From NCBI GenBank assembly GCA_050303815.1, contig JBNLCM010000106.1, positions 4,938 to 68,937 of the forward strand: a DNA stretch of 64,000 nt. The letters run 5' to 3'. The notes beneath the pieces are model-generated. The model ran no database searches. It was given only the letters and a program-made list of their open reading frames with translations, and had not been told where the DNA came from. The position numbers were made by a program, and so were the translations under genes. How positions within the stretch are numbered: the first letter of the stretch is position 1; each line of letters opens with the position of its first letter. This document shows, in pieces, positions 53,239 to 63,344 of the stretch. Origin of the DNA: Rhodocyclaceae bacterium. GTDB taxonomy: Bacteria > Pseudomonadota > Gammaproteobacteria > Burkholderiales > Rhodocyclaceae.

Positions 53239-53811
53239 TCACTGGGCGGGATAGGCCTCGATCGGCATCGAGACGCGGATGTCGTCCGGAACGAAAGGCA
53301 GGTACTTGGTCATACCGAACTCGGAACGCTTGACCGTCAGGCTGACATCGGCGCCGCACTTCTGACGCTTGGTGCTCACTTCCAGGCCGCAATGAAAGCG
53401 CTCGACCGCGATGGGAACCTCGCGCAACTGTCCGAGGAGCGCGAGCCGGCCATGGATTCGCACCGGAACGCCGGCCTCGAAGTCGATCGATTCCGAGCGA
53501 TAGATGAGCGTCGGGAACTCGGCCACATGGAAAAAGTCCGGCCCGCGCATGTGCTCGTCCCAATCATCCGCACCCATGTCGATCGATGCCGCCTCGATCG
53601 TGATGTCCACGGCGCCCGTGCCGGCTTCCCGGTCGAGCTCGATTCGACCGCGGACATCGTTGAACCGGCCAAACTGGGTCGAGAATCCCAGGTGGCTGAC
53701 CGCGAAAACCGGGCGCGAGTGGCGGCCGTCGATGACATAGCTTTCGGCGAGCGCCGGGCTGGCGGCCAACACGAGGCCGGCGGACAGGAGGGCTGCGACG
53801 AGCGTGGGCAT
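53239..53811 (-). CDS. YceI family periplasmic protein
   Basis: Signal peptide ..ALA-ESYVID.HS, HLGFS..GRF, DFF....FP, RSEFGM; start uncertain. Confidence 0.88.
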   Translation of the reverse strand: MPTLVAALLSAGLVLAASPALAESYVIDGRHSRPVFAVSHLGFSTQFGRFNDVRGRIELDREAGTGAVDITIEAASIDMGADDWDEHMRGPDFFHVAEFPTLIYRSESIDFEAGVPVRIHGRLALLGQLREVPIAVERFHCGLEVSTKRQKCGADVSLTVKRSEFGMTKYLPFVPDDIRVSMPIEAYPAQ

Positions 53812-53915
53812 GGGTGGGATCCTCGGGAGCATCGGCAACCGCATCAGCATACCGCGATCACCGGTGCGGCGCGCGAACCTGCGTGCCGGATGCCCGAGCA
53901 TCGACGGTAAGCTGC

Positions 53916-53943
53916 TTGACTTGAGGACCGAAAGGTCCATAAT
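53916..53943 (+). promoter_or_regulatory. Sigma70 promoter with embedded TetR operator 1
   Basis: TTGACT-N16-CATAAT with palindrome GGACC-GAAA-GGTCC (53925-53938) in the spacer; ATG 6 nt after the -10. Confidence 0.7.
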
Positions 53944-53949
53944 GGATTC

Positions 53950-54537
53950 ATGAGCCTCGGACGCCCCCTCGAATTCGACCCTGCCTTGGCGCTTGAAGCC
54001 GCGCTGGATGTGTTCTGGCAGAAAGGCTTCGAAGCGACTTCGCTGCGCGATCTACTGGATGCAATGGGGCTGTCGAAGAGCAGCTTCTACCAAGCCTTTG
54101 GCAGCAAGCACGAGCTCTTCGAGCGCTGTCTGGTGCGCTTTCGGAACCGCCAGGTGGGTGCCATGTCGCGGCAGCTAGAGCGATCCGCCAGCGGCCGTGC
54201 TTTCATCCGCGAGGTCCTCGCCGCCCACGTCGACGAGGCCGCGTGTGGCCGGCCGTCGAAGGGCTGTCTCCTGATGAACACGGCGACGGAGTTCGCCGGC
54301 CGGGACCCGGGTGTCGGTGCGCTTGTCACCGAGGGCACGGCGGCACTGCGCGAGGTCCTGAGCGAGGCAATCCGGCGGGCACAGGCCGCCGGAGACATTG
54401 CGCCGGAGGCCGAAGTCTCGGCCCTGGCAAACTATCTGCTGACGACCATTGCCGGTCTCAAGGCCATGGTCAAAGCGGGGACGCCACCCGATGTGGTGGC
54501 ACAAGTTGTCGATGTCGCCCTCAAGGCGCTCGACTGA
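53950..54537 (+). CDS. TetR/AcrR family regulator (NemR/ComR-like)
   Basis: GRPLEFD, FWQKGFEATS, SFYQAFGSKHELF, KGCLLMN. Confidence 0.92.
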   Translation: MSLGRPLEFDPALALEAALDVFWQKGFEATSLRDLLDAMGLSKSSFYQAFGSKHELFERCLVRFRNRQVGAMSRQLERSASGRAFIREVLAAHVDEAACGRPSKGCLLMNTATEFAGRDPGVGALVTEGTAALREVLSEAIRRAQAAGDIAPEAEVSALANYLLTTIAGLKAMVKAGTPPDVVAQVVDVALKALD

Positions 54538-54543
54538 TTTTTT

Positions 54544-54568
54544 TTGACTTTAATGGACCGATCGGTCC
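54544..54568 (+). promoter_or_regulatory. TetR operator 2 downstream of a TTGACT -35
   Basis: Perfect palindrome GGACCGATCGGTCC (54555-54568), similar to operator 1. Confidence 0.7.
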
Positions 54569-54598
54569 GTATGTGGGTCATAGCAATGGAGAAACAAC

Positions 54599-54820
54599 AT
54601 GCCACTGGTTCAGATCAAGGGGATCGCGGGATACCTCGACGGAGAGCAGAAGCGGGAGCTGATTGCCCGGGTCACCGACGCCGTCGTGTCGGTCGAAGGG
54701 GAGGGCTTGCGCGACATCACCTGGGTCGTGGTCGAAGACGTGCCGAGCGGTGCGTGGGGGGTGGGGGGGCAGGCGGTCACGCTGGATCTCCTGCGCGACA
54801 AGGCGACTGCAACGTCATGA
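54599..54820 (+). CDS. 4-oxalocrotonate tautomerase family protein
   Basis: Catalytic Pro1 (MPLVQIK), QKRELIARVTDA, WGVGG; RBS GGAGA. Confidence 0.88.
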   Translation: MPLVQIKGIAGYLDGEQKRELIARVTDAVVSVEGEGLRDITWVVVEDVPSGAWGVGGQAVTLDLLRDKATATS

Positions 54821-54842
54821 CCCACGCACCGGGAGAGAGACG

Positions 54843-55421
54843 ATGAAAAGCGAGTACAGGATGCAGCTTCCGCCAGTGCGGCTGGCTTCTGCCGAAGGGG
54901 CCGCGCGCGAAGTGCTGGAGCGGGCCCGGGCGCAGATCGGCTTCGTGCCCAACATGTACGCCAACATGGCGCACTTTCCGGGGCTCCTCGAAACCTACCT
55001 GGCGGGCTATGCGGCCTTCCGGGAGGGCGCCGGATTCAGCCCGGTCGAGCAGGAGGTCGTGTTTCTCGTCATCAGTCGGGAGAACGGTTGCGAGTACTGC
55101 GTGTCAGCCCATAGTGTCCTGGCCGACACCCTGTCTGGCGTGCCGCCCGAAGTGACGAACGCGATTCGCGACCGGCGTCCGCTGCCGGATGCCCGCCTTC
55201 AGGCACTGGCCACCTTCACGGCAGTGATGGCGAGAAGCCGGGGGCTACCCGGGCGGGCCGACGTGGCTGCCTTTGTGGCGGCAGGCTTCGAGGAGCGCCA
55301 CATCCTGGGCGTGGTCCACGCGATTGCGGTGAAGGTCCTCAGCAATTACACCAACCACCTCTTTCACACGCCACTCGATGGCATGTTCGCCTCCCGCGAG
55401 TGGGAGGATCGCGCGACCTGA
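54843..55421 (+). CDS. Carboxymuconolactone decarboxylase/AhpD-like peroxidase-related protein
   Basis: GFVPNMY, ENGCEYCVSAH, KVLSNYTNH. Confidence 0.88.
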   Translation: MKSEYRMQLPPVRLASAEGAAREVLERARAQIGFVPNMYANMAHFPGLLETYLAGYAAFREGAGFSPVEQEVVFLVISRENGCEYCVSAHSVLADTLSGVPPEVTNAIRDRRPLPDARLQALATFTAVMARSRGLPGRADVAAFVAAGFEERHILGVVHAIAVKVLSNYTNHLFHTPLDGMFASREWEDRAT

Positions 55422-55439
55422 GCCTTCCTTGCGCCTATT

Positions 55440-55979
55440 GTGGTCTCTCCGCTCCAAGCGTGGGCGGGTGCGTACTGCCTTCCGGGGGCTGAAATCGTGC
55501 CCCCGGTGGCTCACGCGCTCAGCCTCGGGGTAGCGACAGGCGTGTCCGACGATGGCGGCGGTGTCGGGCCGACCCGGGCCGGACGTGGGGCCGGTGGTCG
55601 CCCGCGGTGGCTCCGTGTGCCGCAAGAACCACGGGTCGAGCGCGGGCCAATCGACAGCGCTGGCGTCCTGTTCAGGCTCGGTGGAACGCCCGACCTCCGG
55701 CGATGCGCTTGGCGCTGGAGCCAGGGCGGCGCCGTGAGCCCGTGTCAGGTCGGCTTGCCGGTCGTCCAAATGACGGCAGTCGAACAGCAGGCTGCGCGGC
55801 AAACCGGGGATGGTCTGGGAGAGGTGCGGGGTGAAGTCCTTGATCGACAGCGAATCAAGGGCGAGGCCATCGAAGCCGCAGCTGCTCGGGAGGTCCTCGA
55901 CGGGCAGGCCGGAGCCCTGGGCGAGCAGCGCCGCCAGCCATTGCCTGGCGGCAGCGTCGCCTGAGTTCGTCAGCGTCAC
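55440..55979 (-). pseudogene. Relic of a modular PKS: ACP domain, linker and start of a KS domain
   Basis: FDGLALDSLSI..LSQTIPGLPRSLLFDCRHLDD (ACP; Ser codon 55851-55853), then AAIVGHACRYPEA (KS N-terminus), then similarity breaks off. Confidence 0.7.
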
Positions 55980-56285
55980 GTGGGTCCCAGGCTGTGGCCG
56001 GGTCGGTGCGCGTCGGAGCCCGATGAACCACGACGCACGGCCCACCCGCAGCGGTCCGCCACGGCGCTCTGCCAGCTGCCATGCGTGGCCTGGATTCGGC
56101 CAGACAGCCATCTCTGGCGAGTGCCCATGCCGATGTCTTGGTTGTGGCCACATGTCTGTGGCGTAACGGAGCAACTGCTTCGCCACGTGGCACGACGCCC
56201 CCTGCCAATGCGTTTGTAATGGCATCGGTATCATTCTTGTGCCCTGCAAGTCCAAACTGGCCGACGACCCGAATCGATCCCGCGC

Positions 56286-56302
56286 CGGGCACGCAAGTTG
56301 CC
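56286..56302 (+). promoter_or_regulatory. Sigma54 (-24/-12) promoter
   Basis: GGCACG-CAAG-TTGC with exact GG-N10-GC spacing; upstream of an A/C-rich leader and GGAGA RBS. Confidence 0.6.
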
Positions 56303-56440
56303 AGATTGCCTCGTTGTGGTCGCTGACTGGCGCCGCGCTGTGGTTCGCGCGGTGCGGCTGGCGAACGCCCGGACATCGTCGCCTCCGCCCCTCAACCTCA
56401 ACAGAGACTGCGATGACAAGAGCAAGAGACTGGAGACCAA

Positions 56441-57106
56441 GTGTGCGTCTATCCCTTCGCCCGTGTGCAGCACGTGCCGGTCGGGGGCCACGCTGCCGAC
56501 TGCCTTTGCCCGAGCAGCGTCTTCGCCTGCCGCGAGGGACAGCGTGCCCTGCCGCTCGCCCACGAGCGCTGGGTGGCTGCAAAGGCGGCGTCGCCGTCCG
56601 ACCGGTTTCCACGAGTCGGGGAGGGCGGGTTGCAGGCCTCGGCTGAACTGGCTGCCATGTGGCCCGCGATTCCTGGCGCCGACTGGGTGCCGGGTGAGAA
56701 CGAGCACCGGCGCCTTTGGTTCGGTCCGAAGGTCGACGAGGACGACGAAAGCGGCGTGATGATCGGCAGGCCGCGTGTCGGCCGCCACGAGTCGCGACTC
56801 CTGGTGCCGGCGGTCCACTCCGACGGCAACGAACGCGCAGGCATCCGCTCAGCCAACCTGCAGGCCCCGCTGGGCACCTACGCGGGCTGGAACATGCATC
56901 GCGAGGGCTATGGCGTCGGCGACCTCTGCGGCCTGTCCGGCAGCTTCCTGCCGTTCCCTGCCACCGCGGTCGATCGGCTCGCCAGCGGTGATCCGCGCCC
57001 CTCGCTCGAGGAGCGCTATGGCGACCACGACGGCTATGTCGCGGCGATCCGGGCGGCAACCGTTGGTCTGGTGGCCGAGGCTGCGGCATCCGACGTCCTG
57101 CGCTGA
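56441..57106 (+). pseudogene. C-terminal fragment of an alpha/beta hydrolase domain protein (Abhydrolase_10-like)
   Basis: QRAL..AHERWV, LVPAVHSDGNERAGIR, APLGTYAGWN, GSFLPF, GDPRPSLEERYGDHDGYV; N-terminal part absent. Confidence 0.65.
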
Positions 57107-57163
57107 CATCCCCAACCGGATGGGCCTGCGGGCCCGTCCCGACAACTCACAGGAGACAACCAC

Positions 57164-57694
57164 ATGAATGCATCACCGTTTGCCCGTCTTGGACGCGGCG
57201 CGCTTGCGATGGGCGCCCTCGTTCTGTCCGCATCGGCCGGCGCGGCGGACCTCACCGTCAGCGAGAGCGCGACGCTGAAGGCCAGCCCGGCCGCCGTCTG
57301 GGCCCTGCTCGGCAAGTTCTCCGGGTTGCCCGGCTGGCACCCGGCGGTGGCGAGCACCGACATCATCAAGGGCAAGGACAACGCCAAGGGCGCCGTGCGC
57401 TCGATCAAGACCAAGGACGGCGCGGTCATTGTCGAGGAACTGCTGTCCTACGACGGGTCGGCTCACAGCATGACCTACCGCATCGCCGAGTCGCCGTTGC
57501 CCGTGACCGGCTATGTGTCGACGCTGGCGGTTGCGCCGTCCGGCTCCGGCAGCGTCGTCTTCTGGCGCAGTGCGTTCGGCCGCGATCCGGCCGCCGGGGA
57601 CGTGTCGGACGACAAGGCACGTGAGATCGTCAGTGGCATCTATCAGGCCGGCTTCGACGGGCTACGCGCCGCGCTGGGTGAGGCCCGCCGCTAG
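57164..57694 (+). CDS. Secreted SRPBCC family protein (MxaD-like)
   Basis: Signal peptide; ASPAAVWA..F..L..WHPAV, GAVR, EELL.YD, YRIAESPLPV..Y, IYQAG; RBS CAGGAG. Confidence 0.85.
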   Translation: MNASPFARLGRGALAMGALVLSASAGAADLTVSESATLKASPAAVWALLGKFSGLPGWHPAVASTDIIKGKDNAKGAVRSIKTKDGAVIVEELLSYDGSAHSMTYRIAESPLPVTGYVSTLAVAPSGSGSVVFWRSAFGRDPAAGDVSDDKAREIVSGIYQAGFDGLRAALGEARR

Positions 57695-57706
57695 ACGTCC
57701 TCCCCG

Positions 57707-58444
57707 GTGAGCATGGCCCTTCCGTATCCGGCGCCGCGGCTCGGTTTCGACCGGTCCGCGGTGCTGGCGTTTGCCCTTTCCGTGGCGCTGCATGCCGCCG
57801 TACTGGCGTGGCCCCGCGGCGCTCGGCTGCCCGAGCCCGCGGTGGTGCTCCAGGCCAGGCTACTCGAGGCGCAACCCGAGCCGCCACCCCAGTCCGACGA
57901 GTCGGTCGAGCCACCGCCGGAGGCGCCACCGCCGCTGCGCATGGTGACGCGTGCCGAGCCGGGGCGGGATGCCGAGGTGGTGGGAGACGATTCGGTCCGC
58001 TCGGACCTGCACTACCGCACCTTCTACGAAGAGAACCCGCGCCATCCGATGCGCTGCATGGTGGGTCACGTCGCCGAGAGCTCCGGCGACCACGAGAGCG
58101 CCCTCTACGTCTACGCGGATTGCGCGAGCCATGGCGACAATTTCAGCGCCATCTCGCTCGCGCACTACTACGAGCTGGGATTGGGGGGGCTGCCCAGGGA
58201 TCCCGCCAAGGCGGCGTCCCTGTTCAGGCAGGTGGCCCTGTCCGATCGCGAGGCCTATCGATCCAACGGAATGTTCTACTACGGTCTCTGTCTTTACTTC
58301 GGCTATGGTGTTCCGCGCGACGAGGCGGCCGGACGGGCATGGTTGCGCAGGGCCGCGGAGGCCGGCGACCGCGATGCCCGGGGCTTCCTGGCGCTGGCGG
58401 GGACGCCCGACCAACCGGGGCTCGGGTCCTACTTCAAGCGTTGA
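57707..58444 (+). CDS. TonB-like anchor/Pro-rich N-terminus joined to a Sel1-repeat domain
   Basis: LSVALHAAVL (SxxxH anchor), EPPP runs, then LAHYYELGLGG, YGLCLYFGYGVPRD..W..RAAEAGD. Confidence 0.7.
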   Translation: MSMALPYPAPRLGFDRSAVLAFALSVALHAAVLAWPRGARLPEPAVVLQARLLEAQPEPPPQSDESVEPPPEAPPPLRMVTRAEPGRDAEVVGDDSVRSDLHYRTFYEENPRHPMRCMVGHVAESSGDHESALYVYADCASHGDNFSAISLAHYYELGLGGLPRDPAKAASLFRQVALSDREAYRSNGMFYYGLCLYFGYGVPRDEAAGRAWLRRAAEAGDRDARGFLALAGTPDQPGLGSYFKR

Positions 58445-59170
58445 TGTCTGCGGACCGCCCGAGTTCGGCGGGGATTGCGCACACGCTGAGCACATGGCTG
58501 CCCCGCCAGGATCCCGTACCGGATCGTCACCTGGCGCCCGGCGGACCAGCCCCCGCCCAGAGCCGTGAGCCGTGTCGCAACGAGCGGGCCTGTTTGCCCG
58601 TAGTTCGTCGACAGGCGCACGTCGCGGCAGTCGAAAAAGCGCCGCACCATGGGATAGATCGCCTTGAAGCAGGCCTCCATTGCGGAAAAGGCAACCGTGG
58701 CGGCCTGCGCCGGGCTCGGGCCCGAGGTCCGGAGGCTCGACAGTTCCGAAGCCTCCGCGATGCGGCCGGCCAGTCGGTCGGCTTGCGCGGGCGCGAGCCA
58801 GGGCTCCACATCCGTGCCGACGCCGGACCATACGGCGGCACGCCCGACGACCGCCGCCACCCCGCCCCCATGGGTGATCGAGCCCCGCAAGCCATCTGGC
58901 CAGGCCGGTAGACGGTCCGGACCGGGTGACGCCCAGGAGTTCGCGGCCGGCCCGGACGGCGCAGGCACGGCCGGCGAGATACTCGACCTGGCGCTTGTGC
59001 ACTGCCTGCCTCAGCGTTGACGGCAGTGGCCCCACCTCGGTTTTCAGGGCCAGGCGGGTCGATTCGTCGATCCGATACGCCCGGCAGGCGAGCCGCAAGC
59101 CGCCTTCACCCAGCCTGGCGGCGGCTTCAGACACCTGCCGGAAGGCGTGGGGCAGGGCGGTCTCGGGCAC
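58429..59170 (-). pseudogene. Frameshifted EntD/Sfp-type 4'-phosphopantetheinyl transferase
   Basis: Frame A: AVHKRQVEYLAGRACA. Frame B from about 58925: PAWPDGLRGSITH, GTDVE, FSAMEACFKAIYP (conserved Lys of KE replaced by Met). Confidence 0.78.
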
Positions 59171-59328
59171 GCGTCTGAGTCACATGAGGCAACCCGGAGG
59201 ATAGCAGCGCCGGCTGCCCTGGCAAGACGGCCGGGTCCTCGTGATGATGGCAAAGGCGTATGAGCGGCGCATGTCTGCAGGGCGCATGTCATGAATGCAC
59301 GACTTCACTGGCCAGAGGCTCCCGCATC

Positions 59329-60138
59329 ATGGCAGTTGGCCAGTCTGGCCCTTCCCGTGGGTCTGCCGCCGGCCAGTGGCGCGATGTCCCGGTGCTGGGT
59401 CGCCTCGGCGGCTTCTCCGTGGGCGCCGACGGAGATGGCGTGCTGACCTTCGATCACTCGGGTGTGCGGGTTGGCCTGTGCTTCGAGCGTATTGATCTCG
59501 CCGGGCAGGATGTGGGGCGCTACCTGACGGACCCGCCATTGTCGGGTGGCGGGTCGGCGGAGGAGACCGGGATGCGCTTCCCCGAAGGCGCGGCGCTGGT
59601 GCGACACCGGGTGACCTATCTCGACGACAGCGCCTGGGGGCACTCCGGCCCCTAGGGTCGGGACATTTCGATCGCGTCCCTGTTGGCGACCTATCCGACA
59701 CCGGACCCGTTGCCCACGCGTAGGTCCGACCTGGGGCTGACCGCGATGATTGGCCTGTCTGCCGTCACGTGCGCCGGGGATGCCGCGTCAGGCGCCGTCA
59801 CCTCATGGATCTGGCAGATCCCCGCCATCCAGGATCCCGAGGCGCTGTCGGTCAGCGCGACGGGCCGCTACGAGGCGTTCGAGCGAGCCGGCTTCCGGAT
59901 GCTCGAGGTGAGTGGCCTTGGAATGTACGGGGTCTATGCGCGCTACTGCGGCGACGAGCCGGGCGGAGACGGCATCCTTGTCGAACGGGGCGCGGACCTG
60001 TCTTACGGCGCCCTGGCGCGTGCCGGGGCGCCCGATCTGGCGAACCGCCTGCTGGTGGGCGGGTTGCCGACACTGGGGCGCGTCGGCGTGAATGCCATCG
60101 CCTGGGAAACCCTGCGCCAGGTCAACGGCTGGCAGTGA
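59329..60138 (+). pseudogene. Hypothetical gene interrupted by an in-frame TAG
   Basis: Track ORFs 59260..59655 and 59683..60138 share one frame: ..WGHSGP*GRDISIASLLATYP.. with a single TAG at 59653-59655. Confidence 0.5.
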
Positions 60139-60260
60139 GGGCCGCCGTAAGGCCGGAGGGCGCCCGCGTACGACCCCGCCGGTGGCCCGAGCCCGTGTGA
60201 CGAGATCTTTCGCCCTGCCCGCCGCTGGCGCGGCCTCGAAAAAAAAGTGCTTCAGCGCCC

Positions 60261-60286
60261 TTGAAATGCCAAACACCCGCCCATAC
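60261..60286 (+). promoter_or_regulatory. Sigma32 (RpoH) promoter of groESL
   Basis: TTGAAA-N13-CCCATA. Confidence 0.75.
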
Positions 60287-60288
60287 TA

Positions 60289-60315
60289 TTGGCACTCGAC
60301 AGGGGAGAGTGCTAA
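60289..60315. promoter_or_regulatory. CIRCE element (HrcA operator)
   Basis: TTGGCACTC-N9-GAGTGCTAA, one mismatch to consensus. Confidence 0.88.
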
Positions 60316-60399
60316 CAACGGCCGCCCCGTCCTGACCCGATTCAGGCGATTCCCCCGCGGGATCGCCAGGTAACGAGACCTCTACTAGGAGACTGCTAC

Positions 60400-60690
60400 A
60401 TGAAGATTCGTCCTTTGCATGATCGTGTGATCGTCAAGCGTCTGGAGGCCGAGCGTACGACCGCCAGCGGCATCGTGATTCCGGATAGCGCCGGCGAGAA
60501 GCCTGATCAGGGCGAAATCCTGGCCGTCGGCAACGGCAAGATTCTCGAGGACGGCAACGTGCGTCCGATGGCCGTCAAGGTCGGCGAGAAGGTGCTGTTC
60601 GGCAAGTACGCAGGCCAGACCGTCAAGGTCGACGGCGAAGAACTGCTGGTGATGCGCGAAGAAGACATCATGGGCGTTGTCGAAGCCTGA
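60400..60690 (+). CDS. groES: Co-chaperonin GroES
   Basis: [23 protein letters not shown]. Confidence 0.98.
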   Translation: MKIRPLHDRVIVKRLEAERTTASGIVIPDSAGEKPDQGEILAVGNGKILEDGNVRPMAVKVGEKVLFGKYAGQTVKVDGEELLVMREEDIMGVVEA

Positions 60691-60728
60691 GTCCCGCGCT
60701 GACAATCTTCAACGAATATCTGGAGTAA

Positions 60729-62387
<1,659 letters not shown>

Positions 62388-62412
62388 GCCCGCCGCTGCG
62401 CCCAGCGCAGAA

Positions 62413-62443
62413 GGGGCCCCGTCGAAAGGCGGGGCCTTTTTTT
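62413..62443 (+). terminator. Rho-independent terminator after groEL
   Basis: GGCCCCGTC-GAAA-GGCGGGGCC-TTTTTTT. Confidence 0.85.
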
Positions 62444-62672
62444 GTCCATTGAACCGATAAGGTGCCGTAGGCGCACGACGGCTGCACGCGGAAAGCGGTC
62501 CGCGCATGGGATAATGCCGGGAGAAAAAAGGCGGCGGGGAGTCGCCCGCTGCGGGGCTGGGCGCTCCCCGGAACCCGGCAGACAGGCCGGATTCCCAAGA
62601 CCGAGTAAAAGGAGAACAGCGGGTCAGACCTTACGGGCCGGCGCTTACGCAAAACTTACAACGGGATGGCAT

Positions 62673-63344
62673 ATGCGGATCCTTCTTGCCGAAGATGACC
62701 CTGTAATCGCGGATGGACTGGCGAGGGCCCTGAGGCGAAACGGGTATGCGGTGGATCACGTCGCGACGGGAACCGAGGCCGACGCGGCCGTGGCTTCCCA
62801 GCCGTATGACCTGCTGATCCTGGATCTTGGCCTTCCCAAGCTGTCCGGGATCGATGTCCTGAAACGACTGCGGGCGAGGAAGTCGGCCTTGCCGGTGCTG
62901 ATCCTGACGGCCCAGGATGGGGTTGATGACCGGGTGCGGGGCCTCGATGCCGGCGCCGACGACTACCTCACCAAGCCTTTCGCCCTGCCGGAACTGGAAG
63001 CCCGGGTTCGTGCCCTGACCCGTCGCGGAACCGGCCAGCCACGCTGCATCGAACTCGGTGGGCTGTCCTACGACCAGGCTGACCGGGTCGTCAAGATCAA
63101 TGGCCAGATCGTGGAGATGTCGGCACGCGAGGTTGGCCTGCTCGAAGTGCTGCTGCTGCGCGCGGGACGGCTGGTCAGCAAGGATCAACTCGTGGACCAC
63201 CTGTGCGGCTGGGGCGAGGAAGTCTCGAACAACGCGATCGAGGTCTATGTCCATCGGCTGCGCAAGAAGCTCGAGAGCAGTGGCGTGCGGGTGGTCACTG
63301 TCCGGGGACTCGGCTACTGCCTGGAAAAGCCGGATGTGGCCTAG
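62673..63344 (+). CDS. OmpR-family response regulator (TctD-like)
   Basis: MRILLAEDD, LDLGLP, GADDYLTKPF, NAIEVYVHRLRKKL, TVRGLGY. Confidence 0.93.
   Translation: MRILLAEDDPVIADGLARALRRNGYAVDHVATGTEADAAVASQPYDLLILDLGLPKLSGIDVLKRLRARKSALPVLILTAQDGVDDRVRGLDAGADDYLTKPFALPELEARVRALTRRGTGQPRCIELGGLSYDQADRVVKINGQIVEMSAREVGLLEVLLLRAGRLVSKDQLVDHLCGWGEEVSNNAIEVYVHRLRKKLESSGVRVVTVRGLGYCLEKPDVA

Noticed and set aside
56186-56207. TGGCACGACGCCCCCTGC as a second sigma54 site
   Set aside because: GG-to-GC spacing is not 10 nt
56435-56480. QVCVYPFARVQ resembling the CcoG motif REQVCxYMCPYARFQ
   Set aside because: Fits better as the in-frame VxxYxFAxxQH segment of the hydrolase fragment that continues downstream
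55245-57089. 614-aa minus-strand ORF as a whole gene
   Set aside because: Only 55440-55979 looks protein-like (ACP-KS); the rest is antisense to other elements
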